Part shown: positions 24,581-32,000 of the stretch, piece after piece
How the letters are laid out: each line of letters begins with the position of its first letter
Numbering within the stretch: the first letter of the stretch is position 1
DNA from: Desulfocapsa sulfexigens DSM 10523
GTDB lineage: Bacteria; Desulfobacterota; Desulfobulbia; Desulfobulbales; Desulfocapsaceae
Length of the DNA: 32,000 bases
Assembly: GCF_000341395.1 (NCBI RefSeq)
Contig: NC_020304.1
Span: 2,880,001 to 2,912,000, forward strand
Direction of reading: 5' to 3'
Program-made: the position numbers and the translations under genes
Notes under the pieces: model-generated
Told to the model about the DNA's origin: nothing
What the model saw: the letters and a program-made list of their open reading frames with translations, nothing else
The model's database searches: none

Positions 24581-26182
24581 ATGGACATAATAATGATTGT
24601 GGTAGCCTTTGTTCTCGGTTTTTTTGTGAAACAGATGGGGCTACCGCCACTGCTTGGCTTTCTTGCTGCAGGTTTTGTTTTGAACGCTTTTGGCTTTCAG
24701 GGAGGGGAAAATCTTCATCAGCTTGCTGATGCCGGAGTTCTTCTCCTTTTGTTCACTATAGGGCTGAAAGTTCGGGTAAAGAGTCTGTTTGGGCCTGAAA
24801 TATGGGCTGTCGCCTCGATCCACATGATTGTAACGGTGGTTACTCTTGGCTCTTTTATTTATCTCCTTTCGTATACAGCACTTTCCGCCTTTGCAGGAAT
24901 TGACTGGCAAGTCTCGCTTTTAATAGCCTTTGCGCTTAGCTTTTCCTCCACGGTTTTTACCGTAAAGGTAATGGAAGAAAAAGGTGAGATGAACTCCAAG
25001 CATGGAAGAATTGCAATTGGTATTCTTATTATTCAGGATTTTTTTGCCGTTATTTTTCTAACGTTTTCAAGTGGCAAAATACCCTCACCCTGGGCAGTGT
25101 GCCTGATTGTCTTACTTCTTTTGAGAAAACCAATTCTTGCTCTATTGACTCGTAGTGGTCATGGTGAGTTGTTGGTTCTCCTTGGACTCATTATTCCAAT
25201 TGCCGGTGCAAACCTTTTTGAGCTTGTCGGGCTCAAACCCGATCTTGGTGCCCTCCTGATTGGAATGCTCCTTGCCGGTCATCCGAAAACCAGTGAGCTT
25301 GCAAAAGCGATTCTGAATTTTAAAGATTTCCTCTTGGTTGGTTTTTTTCTGACCATTGGCCTTTCAGGTCTGCCGAATCTGGCAACTCTTAGTGTTGCTG
25401 CGCTCCTAGTCCTTGTCATACCGGTGAAGGTAGCTTTGTTTTATCTTCTCTTGACCCGATTTAAGCTACGAGCACGGACGTCCACCCTTTCTTCCCTGAG
25501 CCTTGCAACATACTCGGAATTCGGCCTTATAATCGGGGCACTTGGTGCGTCAAAAGGATGGCTGAGCAATGAGTGGCTAGTGATTTTTGCTCTCTCGCTA
25601 TCTCTCACGTTTATACTGGCTTCACCTCTCAATAACGCCTCTTACGCGATCTACAGCCGGCTTCATCAACTTCTGCGGCACTTTGAAACAGAGGAACGTT
25701 TGCCTGATGATAAGGTCGTCTCAGTGGGAGATGTTGACGGGATTGTCTTTGGAATGGGACGAATAGGTGAAGCAGCCTATGAGAGCCTGAGCAAACGTTA
25801 TGGAAAAAGAGTGATTGGAGTGGATTATGATATTGAAAGGGTAAATGAACATAAAGCTGCTGGATCAAATGTTATTCAGGCCGATGCCACGGATCATGAT
25901 TTTTGGGAACGTATTCAGATTCAAGGTAGTACGATTAAGATGGTGATGCTTGCAATGCCAAATTTTGAGGCAAATCTCTATGCCGCGAGGCGGATTCATG
26001 GCGCATATCCGGAAATAAATATTGCCGCCATAGTTGCATTTGATGACCAGATTGATGTCCTTCGTGAAGCAGGTGTGGATATGGTTTTTAATGTCCATAA
26101 GGAAGCTGGAACTGGTTTTGCGGATCATGTCTGCGCTAAGATGCAACAAGGTGAGATCGCACATCCTCAAATTCTTTCCTGA
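24581..26182 (+). CDS. CPA2 cation:proton antiporter with C-terminal RCK/TrkA-N domain (KefB/YbaL-like)
   Basis: About 12 TM segments, then Rossmann motif GIVFGMGRIGEAAYE. ATG 24581 is preceded by GAGGTG; the tracked start at 24578 is a TTG. Confidence 0.88.
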   Translation: MDIIMIVVAFVLGFFVKQMGLPPLLGFLAAGFVLNAFGFQGGENLHQLADAGVLLLLFTIGLKVRVKSLFGPEIWAVASIHMIVTVVTLGSFIYLLSYTALSAFAGIDWQVSLLIAFALSFSSTVFTVKVMEEKGEMNSKHGRIAIGILIIQDFFAVIFLTFSSGKIPSPWAVCLIVLLLLRKPILALLTRSGHGELLVLLGLIIPIAGANLFELVGLKPDLGALLIGMLLAGHPKTSELAKAILNFKDFLLVGFFLTIGLSGLPNLATLSVAALLVLVIPVKVALFYLLLTRFKLRARTSTLSSLSLATYSEFGLIIGALGASKGWLSNEWLVIFALSLSLTFILASPLNNASYAIYSRLHQLLRHFETEERLPDDKVVSVGDVDGIVFGMGRIGEAAYESLSKRYGKRVIGVDYDIERVNEHKAAGSNVIQADATDHDFWERIQIQGSTIKMVMLAMPNFEANLYAARRIHGAYPEINIAAIVAFDDQIDVLREAGVDMVFNVHKEAGTGFADHVCAKMQQGEIAHPQILS

Positions 26183-26448
26183 TTACCATCGAAACTTAGC
26201 TTTGCAACCCGGAGTTGTTCCGTGTCGATTATATGGGACGCCATAAACCCATCCCTGGGGGCTTTGCTGCGGCCATCCAGGCCGCAGATGCCCATAAAAT
26301 CAACACGAAAAAAACTCCTCCTCATGCGGGTAGGCTGAGGATTAGTGGTAATCAGAAATTCTTTAGTTTCCGGTATCAGGAACCTACAGGTTGCATTCCA
26401 TTAACAGCAAACACCATGGAGAATCTATTTAAGGAGTTAGTTATATTG

Positions 26449-26476
26449 TTGACAGGCCTGCGGCAGAGTTTATATT
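26449..26476 (+). promoter_or_regulatory. Sigma70-type promoter for the thioredoxin-like lipoprotein / ccdA pair
   Basis: TTGACA (26449-26454), a 16-nt spacer, then TATATT (26471-26476), 67 nt upstream of ATG 26543. Confidence 0.5.
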
Positions 26477-26542
26477 ACTGCCTGTGTTTTGAAGAAAACG
26501 ACATTATTTAACACTTTAAACAGAATACTCCTCAGGTTAACT

Positions 26543-26974
26543 ATGCAAAAATATATTGTTTTGTTCGCATTGCTCTTTTTCGTAACCTCCTGTTCTAACG
26601 ATGAACAGCCAGAAAACGTTTCACATCCCGTCACAACTGCAACACAAAGTACCACGTCTGCCAGCGCTCCTTCAGCAACTCGCCAGCTGGCATCCCATAA
26701 ACTGGTTTTCTTTTTGGATCCCAATGGAGGACCATGTCGTTTACAGGTGTCCATCCTCAATGACATGGCCACGGAACTCCGTGGAAAGGTGGATATTCAA
26801 TATGTACAGACGGTGGTTCCTGCTGATAGGGCTCTTTTTTCACAGTATGGTATTCGTGCACTTCCTACCCTGCTCCTTGCCGACGCCAGTGGCAAAGAAA
26901 TTAAGCGAATGACTCCAGGTGTAAAACAGGCTGACGATATCCGTCTTCTGCTTCAATCCATTCCTCAATTATAA
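26543..26974 (+). CDS. Thioredoxin-fold lipoprotein with a degenerate active site (G-G-P-C instead of C-x-x-C)
   Basis: Lipobox signal MQKYIVLFALLFFVTSC. Thioredoxin-like VFFLDPNGGPCRLQ and cis-Pro segment RALPTLLL. Start set at ATG 26543; the tracked start at 26489 is a TTG right at the predicted transcription start. Confidence 0.75.
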   Translation: MQKYIVLFALLFFVTSCSNDEQPENVSHPVTTATQSTTSASAPSATRQLASHKLVFFLDPNGGPCRLQVSILNDMATELRGKVDIQYVQTVVPADRALFSQYGIRALPTLLLADASGKEIKRMTPGVKQADDIRLLLQSIPQL

Positions 26975-26982
26975 TAACGATT

Positions 26983-27648
26983 ATGCCTCTAGACCTCAGT
27001 GTAACAACCCTTTTAATGGTGACTGTTGCAGGTGTTGCCTCCATAGCTTCCCCCTGTGTATTGCCCATGGTTCCCATCATTGTAACGGGAACCAGTGACG
27101 ACCATAAATATAGGCCCTTACTTATTGTTACCGGACTTAGTATCAGCTTTATTATCATGGGAGTTCTCACCTCCCTTTTTGCTGGGGCTGTGGCAGGAGT
27201 GATGCCAGTCGTCGAAAAAGTTGTTGGTGTTATAATTATTCTTTTTGGGTTCTCAATGCTTTTTGGCATAAATGTTTTTAAAAAATTCACTTTCTTTTAC
27301 AAAGCGCAGCAGTTTCAGAGCAAGGGAACATTTTCAGGACTGATTTTAGGAATGACACTTGGTGTGATTTGGATTCCCTGTGTAGGGCCCATGCTTTCAG
27401 GAGTCCTGGCACTGGTGGCAACGCAGGGGAAACTTGCTTCAGGCCTGATACTGCTTGCTTTTTATTCCCTGGGCTTTGCTATTCCCATGTTACTGGCAGG
27501 CTACGCTTCACAGACTATTCGACACAGGATTCGTGCGGTTAACAGTCACCCAGTGGCTGTTCGTCTGGTGAGTGGTTTGCTGCTTATCATTTTTGGTTAT
27601 TTTATTCTTACAGCTGGTATGCTGGCGATTGGGAGTTCTTTTAGCTGA
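26983..27648 (+). CDS. ccdA: CcdA/DsbD-family thiol-disulfide electron transporter
   Basis: Six TM segments with the two conserved Cys motifs SPCVLPMVP and IPCVGPML. Confidence 0.88.
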   Translation: MPLDLSVTTLLMVTVAGVASIASPCVLPMVPIIVTGTSDDHKYRPLLIVTGLSISFIIMGVLTSLFAGAVAGVMPVVEKVVGVIIILFGFSMLFGINVFKKFTFFYKAQQFQSKGTFSGLILGMTLGVIWIPCVGPMLSGVLALVATQGKLASGLILLAFYSLGFAIPMLLAGYASQTIRHRIRAVNSHPVAVRLVSGLLLIIFGYFILTAGMLAIGSSFS

Positions 27649-27673
27649 TTGAATATGGTGAATAAAATCTGAA

Positions 27674-28552
27674 TCAGGGTAGCATTCGGCTTACGTAGAG
27701 ATCGCCTCGATCACAGTCGCCACTGGTTGTTATCTGGAAGCTACTGTCACTGTTAATGTGATGAAGAAATAGGTCTCTGCGTTTCCCCTCTGTGGTGCTC
27801 ACCAACCACTGAGGGCTGTTTGACCAAAGTTGATTGTCAAACTGTTTACCTGTCGGAGCATGTATCTGACCGATCTTTTTCAGGCTGTCCCATTGGTGTA
27901 TATGGAGGATACGGTGCTTCCCGCCGTTTACAGTAACCTTGCTACCATCCGGGGAGATGCTAGCTGAGCACCCCCTTGACACCGTATGGTTTGAGTTGCT
28001 TTGTAAGTCGTATATTCGTACTTTGAATCCTGTAAGGCCGCGTACCGTGGCAGTAAGTCGTTTGCCGTCTTTCGCTATATCAACCTCATAAAACTGCTCC
28101 CCCTGCAACAGTGTTTTGATTTTCCTGCTTTTGATATCCACCCGGCGTAGCAATTTGTCATCGGTAAAGATAACGGACTTGCCGTCCGGGAAAAAACATA
28201 ATGCTTTTGCCTTACTCGCTGTTGCAAGTTGTTTTACCGTGCCATCCTTTACTGTGAGAATCAAAATCGCATTGCCGTGTACAAAAGCGATCTGTTTTCC
28301 ATTCGGGGACCAGCGAGGATTTGTTCCATAATTCAAAAGATGCTGAGGAGATTTTTCCCCTACTGTAATCATGTATATTCCATCGGGGCGTTGGTAAACT
28401 ATTTTACCGATTAATTTATCAACAAGTGCTGTTTCAGTGGCAGCATGGGAATACGAAGGGCCAAAAAAAATTCCCATAAAAAGAAATATAATAGCGGTGA
28501 TGAGCGTTCCCGGTTTTAAAAATGGCATCGAATCAGATTGTCTATATCTCAT
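27674..28552 (-). CDS. Secreted TolB-like beta-propeller (PD40 repeat) protein
   Basis: Signal peptide ending SHA-ATE. Repeats RWSPNGKQIAFV, FFPDGKSVIFT, IAKDGKRLTAT and ISPDGSKVTVN. ATG 28528 is an alternative start. Confidence 0.75.
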   Translation of the reverse strand: MRYRQSDSMPFLKPGTLITAIIFLFMGIFFGPSYSHAATETALVDKLIGKIVYQRPDGIYMITVGEKSPQHLLNYGTNPRWSPNGKQIAFVHGNAILILTVKDGTVKQLATASKAKALCFFPDGKSVIFTDDKLLRRVDIKSRKIKTLLQGEQFYEVDIAKDGKRLTATVRGLTGFKVRIYDLQSNSNHTVSRGCSASISPDGSKVTVNGGKHRILHIHQWDSLKKIGQIHAPTGKQFDNQLWSNSPQWLVSTTEGKRRDLFLHHINSDSSFQITTSGDCDRGDLYVSRMLP

Positions 28553-28637
28553 CTTTTAAGCTATTAAAGCCACAGGATGGTGGTGGGCGCTGCGAAATTT
28601 CACGAATCTATTCTGTGTTTAGTTGATACTATGCAAT

Positions 28638-30017
28638 TTACTCTGTGGCGATACCGTTCTTTTCGTATTTCTTCAGCTTTCTCCATAGAGAAACCCTGTC
28701 GATACCAATTATTTTGGCAGCTTTTGTCTTGTTACCATCAACACCTTTGAGAATTGAAAGGATATAGTCCCTTTCATTTTCTTCAAGGCTAATATGGGGT
28801 TTTTCTGTGTCTACATGTGAAAGGTGGAAGCTTTTGTGTCCGTAGATGTCTGCTGGAAGGTGATGTGGCTGAATTTCAGAGTCATCACAGATGGCAAGAG
28901 AGCGTTCGATGATATTTTCAAGCTCCCGAGCATTGCCGGGATAGTCGTGGTCCAGCAGGCGCTTCATGGCTTCCTTGGAAAAATTTTTAGTTTCTGTGTT
29001 AGGCAGGGAATACTTTGCAAGAAAATAGTTTACCAAAAGAGGAATGTCATCTTTTCTGTCACGAAGAGGAGGAATGTGAAGGTTAATGACATTGAGCCTG
29101 TAATACAAATCCTGGCGGAACGTTCCTTTTTGTACCTCTTCTTTAAGATCCCGGTTGGTGGCAGCTAATAAACGAATGTCTATTGGTATCTCTTTGTTTC
29201 CTCCCACTCGGATAATAGTTTTCTCCTGTAGCACCCGCAATAGCTTTACCTGCATAATCAGAGGCATTTCGCCAATCTCATCAAAAAGAACCACACCACC
29301 ATTGGCAGACTCAAGAAGACCGTTACGGAGGCTTCCGGCGTCGGTGTAGGCATCCTTTTCATGACCAAACAGTTCGTTTGCCATCAATTCTTCTGTCATT
29401 GCTCCGCAGTTGATTGGAAGAAATCTCTTTTCGGATCTTGGGCTCAGCTCATAGATGGTCCTGGCCACTAATTCCTTGCCAGTTCCGGTTTCACCGGTAA
29501 TCAGGATGTTGCAGTCAAGCTGGGCAAAATGGGCTATTGAATCTTTGAGTTCCAGAATTGCAGGATTCTGACCAATGAACTGGGTTGTTCCCTGTTGCGC
29601 TCCAATGCGTAGCTTGAGGCGACCAATCTCACGTCGCAGTAGAGTTTTTTCAGTAGCTCGTAGAACAAGAGCGTGTAGCTCTTTCAGTTTTATTGGCTTA
29701 GGGAGGTAATAGAATGCCCCCTGGTCCATGGCTTCCACGGCAGAGTTTACAGTGGCATAGCCGGTAACAATGATAACTTCAATCTCTGGGTGAAGTTCTT
29801 TTGCTGTCTTCATCACCTGGACACCATCGACATCACCCATCTTTAAATCCGTTATCACAAGATCAAAGTGAGACTGATTCAGCAGGCTCAAGGCTTTTTC
29901 ACCACTGGTCGCAGTTGTTACACTGAACCCCTGTTGTTCAAGGAAATGACCAACATTCTGGACGTTTATTTCCTCATCATCAACCAGTAGGATAGTAATA
30001 TTATTTTTTTTAGACAT
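28638..30017 (-). CDS. NtrC-family response regulator (REC + AAA+ + Fis-type HTH) with an atypical GAFTGA loop
   Basis: REC domain DDEE...ITDLKM...YLPKP. Walker A GETGTGKE and Walker B VLFDEIGE. HTH NKTKAAKIIGIDRVSLWRKLKKY. ELFGHEKDAYTDA replaces GAFTGA. Confidence 0.92.
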   Translation of the reverse strand: MSKKNNITILLVDDEEINVQNVGHFLEQQGFSVTTATSGEKALSLLNQSHFDLVITDLKMGDVDGVQVMKTAKELHPEIEVIIVTGYATVNSAVEAMDQGAFYYLPKPIKLKELHALVLRATEKTLLRREIGRLKLRIGAQQGTTQFIGQNPAILELKDSIAHFAQLDCNILITGETGTGKELVARTIYELSPRSEKRFLPINCGAMTEELMANELFGHEKDAYTDAGSLRNGLLESANGGVVLFDEIGEMPLIMQVKLLRVLQEKTIIRVGGNKEIPIDIRLLAATNRDLKEEVQKGTFRQDLYYRLNVINLHIPPLRDRKDDIPLLVNYFLAKYSLPNTETKNFSKEAMKRLLDHDYPGNARELENIIERSLAICDDSEIQPHHLPADIYGHKSFHLSHVDTEKPHISLEENERDYILSILKGVDGNKTKAAKIIGIDRVSLWRKLKKYEKNGIATE

Positions 30018-31482
30018 TGGTACCTCTGGATGTTGAATACTTTCCGGGCAGCATTGTTTCTGCAGGTTCAGAGTGAAGCGGTAAGGTTATGATGAAGTTG
30101 GTTCCTGTCCCCTTTGTTGATTCAACCCTGATCGAACCGCCCTGTTTTTTGATAATGCCGTAGACGACAGCCAGGCCAAGTCCGGTACCATTGCCAGCGG
30201 TTTTGGTGGTGAAAAATGGATCGAAAACTTTGGCCAGATTTTCCGGATCTATTCCCGTACCGGTATCAGCAACGGTGATAACGGCCTTCTTTTGCTCTTC
30301 ATCCTTTTCTGCTTTAATACATACAGTCCCTGGTGGTTCAGGGATGGCCTGGATTGCATTGATTGTAAGATTAAGCAGGGCTTCAACCATTTTTTGCACG
30401 TCGACGTAGAGTACTACATCTTCGGGGATATCCGTCTCTATATTGATACCTGTTGGAATTTCACTGGCAACAAGGAGTTTCACTTTGTTTACGATTTTTG
30501 CTAGCTGACAGGGTTGAGAGGAAAAAGTATGGGCTCTGGAAAATTCCAACAGACCACGGACAATTTCTCCAGCACGCTGTGTTTCCTGATCGATGGTTTT
30601 TAGCATCCTGGCAACAAAAGAATCCTTATCATCACCCATATTCGCAAGAGCCAGCTGGCAGGAGGTGGAAATATTATTGAGGGGATTGTTAATCTGATGG
30701 GCCGTGCCAGATGCCAGGGTGCCGATTGATGAAAGTTTTTTGGCCTGGAAAAGCTGCTCCTGCTGCTCTTCCAGGTCAGTGACCATTTTATTAAAGGCAC
30801 GCAGGACACTACGAACCTCTCCTTTTTTATCATCTACAGACAGCCGGGAAAAAGTACCATTGGCAATATCAATTGCAGCGTTTTCAACCTTTTTTAATGG
30901 CTTAACGATTGAGGTATAGAGGAGGGAAATGGTGAAAACAGACAAAAGTACAAGAAAGAGTACAGTGTTTATAAGTCGAATGGTAAATTTCTCAATAAAG
31001 ACGGTCATCTTATTTTGTTCAAAAAGAACAAGGTCTTCAGTGATGTTGACAAGTTCCTGTCCAAGGCTACGAACTTTTTCCCGTAAGGGACAGACGGTGA
31101 CATCCTGTCCAATGGTGCATTTTCCCTTGAATTCCTTGAATGTCTCTTCATATGCCGTCAGTTTGGCGGTAAGGTCCTGCAGGTGTGTCGGGTGTGGCAT
31201 GATTTGTAAATCATCAATGACCTGGGGGACAAATTGTTGTGCCTCATCTACATATTCAAGAACTTTGTTGAAATCGGTGTTGTCATGACGAATGATGAAG
31301 TTCTTCTCATAGCGTCGTATTTCAAGGCTTATATTGCTGAGATTGCCGGCATGCATAAGCAGGGTGACATCATCATTGAACATGTTGAAATCTTTTAAAA
31401 ACGTGATCCCAACAATGATGTAGAAGAGCAGATGCAGGCAAAAACAGCCAATCATCTTCTGGCGAAGATTTAAAGCGAACAT
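30010..31482 (-). CDS. Sensor histidine kinase (two TM segments, periplasmic sensor, HAMP, HisKA, HATPase_c)
   Basis: H-box [14 protein letters not shown] and G-boxes DTGTGI and [15 protein letters not shown] lies upstream. The stop codon overlaps the regulator start by 8 nt. Confidence 0.92.
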   Translation of the reverse strand: MFALNLRQKMIGCFCLHLLFYIIVGITFLKDFNMFNDDVTLLMHAGNLSNISLEIRRYEKNFIIRHDNTDFNKVLEYVDEAQQFVPQVIDDLQIMPHPTHLQDLTAKLTAYEETFKEFKGKCTIGQDVTVCPLREKVRSLGQELVNITEDLVLFEQNKMTVFIEKFTIRLINTVLFLVLLSVFTISLLYTSIVKPLKKVENAAIDIANGTFSRLSVDDKKGEVRSVLRAFNKMVTDLEEQQEQLFQAKKLSSIGTLASGTAHQINNPLNNISTSCQLALANMGDDKDSFVARMLKTIDQETQRAGEIVRGLLEFSRAHTFSSQPCQLAKIVNKVKLLVASEIPTGINIETDIPEDVVLYVDVQKMVEALLNLTINAIQAIPEPPGTVCIKAEKDEEQKKAVITVADTGTGIDPENLAKVFDPFFTTKTAGNGTGLGLAVVYGIIKKQGGSIRVESTKGTGTNFIITLPLHSEPAETMLPGKYSTSRGTNV

Positions 31483-31629
31483 AGTGTTTCACTCCTGTGT
31501 AAACCGGGTAAAAAACGACCCGGTGCGAAGGCGCAATTTGATCCGGCCTTTACTCTATTTAAAAAGAACTGATACATATGTCACCCAAAGTTAAAAGGAA
31601 TGAGTATGTATTCTATTTTGCCCATGAGA

Positions 31630-31645
31630 AGCAAATTTGAGACCA
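31630..31645 (-). promoter_or_regulatory. Candidate sigma54 (-24/-12) promoter facing the kinase operon
   Basis: Minus strand TGGtctcaaatTTGCT has the exact GG-N10-GC spacing of TGGCACG-N4-TTGCW. It lies about 150 nt upstream of the kinase ATG. Confidence 0.4.
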
Positions 31646-31742
31646 AATGAAAAATAAAATGTGATTTTAATCATTCGCCCATTGTTGCTGATTGCAAAGT
31701 GAGTTTGTTTCATACACCCATTGGGACAGCTTGCCACCAATC

Positions 31743-31917
31743 GTTGCGTAATCGCAACAACATTGCAAGGTGCAACGTTACAATGTGTAACATAGCTACT
31801 AAAGAAAAAGCTATATCTCCTTTTACTATATAAATTATTCCTCCAATCTGCTCCAGAAAGGCTCAACTCTTACCTTCGCCTAAGCTGTTACATCCTGCAA
31901 CGGACAAGTGTTACAAT
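31743..31917. promoter_or_regulatory. Cluster of repeated half-sites and inverted repeats (candidate enhancer/UAS)
   Basis: GTTGCG-TAAT-CGCAAC (31743-31758). TTGCA-AGG-TGCAA (31763-31775). GTTACA-ATG-TGTAAC (31777-31791). TGCAACG and GTTACAAT abut at 31771-31784 and recur 7 nt apart at 31896-31917. Confidence 0.5.
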
Positions 31918-31985
31918 CATTTCACAGATCCACCTGAAAAAGGAAACAGATCTTATACGTAAATTTCAGTTCTCCTCGTAAAAAA

Positions 31986-32000
31986 CGGCATACGGGTTGC
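31986..32000 (+). promoter_or_regulatory. Candidate sigma54 (-24/-12) promoter pointing out of the window
   Basis: cGGCAtacgggTTGC has the exact consensus spacing. It ends at the last base of the window, so the target gene is not visible. Confidence 0.4.

Noticed and set aside
26267-26287. GC-rich hairpin CTGCGGCC-ATCCA-GGCCGCAG after the antiporter gene, sharing its 8-mer arms with the leuA attenuator stem (possible REP-like repeat family)
   Set aside because: There are only two full copies in 32 kb, plus a partial match at 26457-26466, with no common flanks and no U-tract here. It may be a weak terminator or coincidence.
26186-26542. ORFs 26215-26511 (+) and 26470-26772 (-) and a possible ncRNA in the 357-nt gap after the antiporter gene
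   Set aside because: The translations are motif-free. The minus ORF is antisense to the lipoprotein gene. I could not match the region to any RNA family by eye. Only the promoter at 26449-26476 is supported.
31503-31524. Perfect 7-bp hairpin ACCGGGT-N8-ACCCGGT in the kinase 5' UTR
   Set aside because: It has no U-tract on either strand and no recognisable motif. It may stabilise or occlude the 5' UTR, but there is nothing to support a specific call.
31591-31866. 91-aa minus-strand ORF in the kinase upstream region
   Set aside because: It has no SD. Its repeated CNV tripeptides simply mirror the DNA half-site repeats, and it spans the candidate sigma54 promoter. A regulatory DNA reading explains the region better.
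1-32000. Scan for tRNA/rRNA genes, CRISPR arrays, IS elements or integrases, and prophage or defence genes
   Set aside because: GGTTCG-like strings (for example near 23477 and 23560) have no surrounding cloverleaf arms. I saw no regularly spaced direct repeats, and no transposase, integrase or nuclease-like ORFs.

Overview
Gene-dense chromosomal window with about 30 protein genes on both strands. I saw no rRNA, tRNA, CRISPR array, transposase or integrase. Gene content suggests an anaerobic Desulfobacterota (deltaproteobacterial) genome, but that is inference only. Content in order: a hyper-acidic protein; a same-strand string asd-rsmD-coaD-Rieske-cytochrome b; ilvBN-psd-pssA, divergent from leuA; a short CaCA-like membrane protein; an Acu-like block (HDAC-type deacetylase, CBS/ACT protein, ADP-forming acetyl-CoA synthetase, CoA-transferase::GNAT fusion); a split PqiA/LetA pair with a four-MCE protein and a DUF1566 protein; Fe-S proteins; a Kef-type antiporter; a thioredoxin-like lipoprotein with CcdA; and a histidine kinase / NtrC-type regulator / TolB-like operon. 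Main second-look items: (1) a thioredoxin-fold gene that is only complete if an in-frame TGA is read as selenocysteine (U-P-R-C), which the ORF track truncates; (2) a Leu-rich leader peptide plus perfect intrinsic terminator upstream of leuA; (3) the Acu-like acetylation block, in which the GNAT domain is fused to a CoA-transferase; (4) a Rieske/cytochrome b pair with no c-type cytochrome; (5) a DUF1566 gene translationally coupled to the MCE transporter; (6) two outward-facing sigma54-type promoters flanking repeated half-sites, next to a regulator whose GAFTGA loop reads DAYTDA; (7) an orphan terminator upstream of the antiporter gene. All calls come from reading the sequence and remembered family motifs. 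Nothing was searched or folded.
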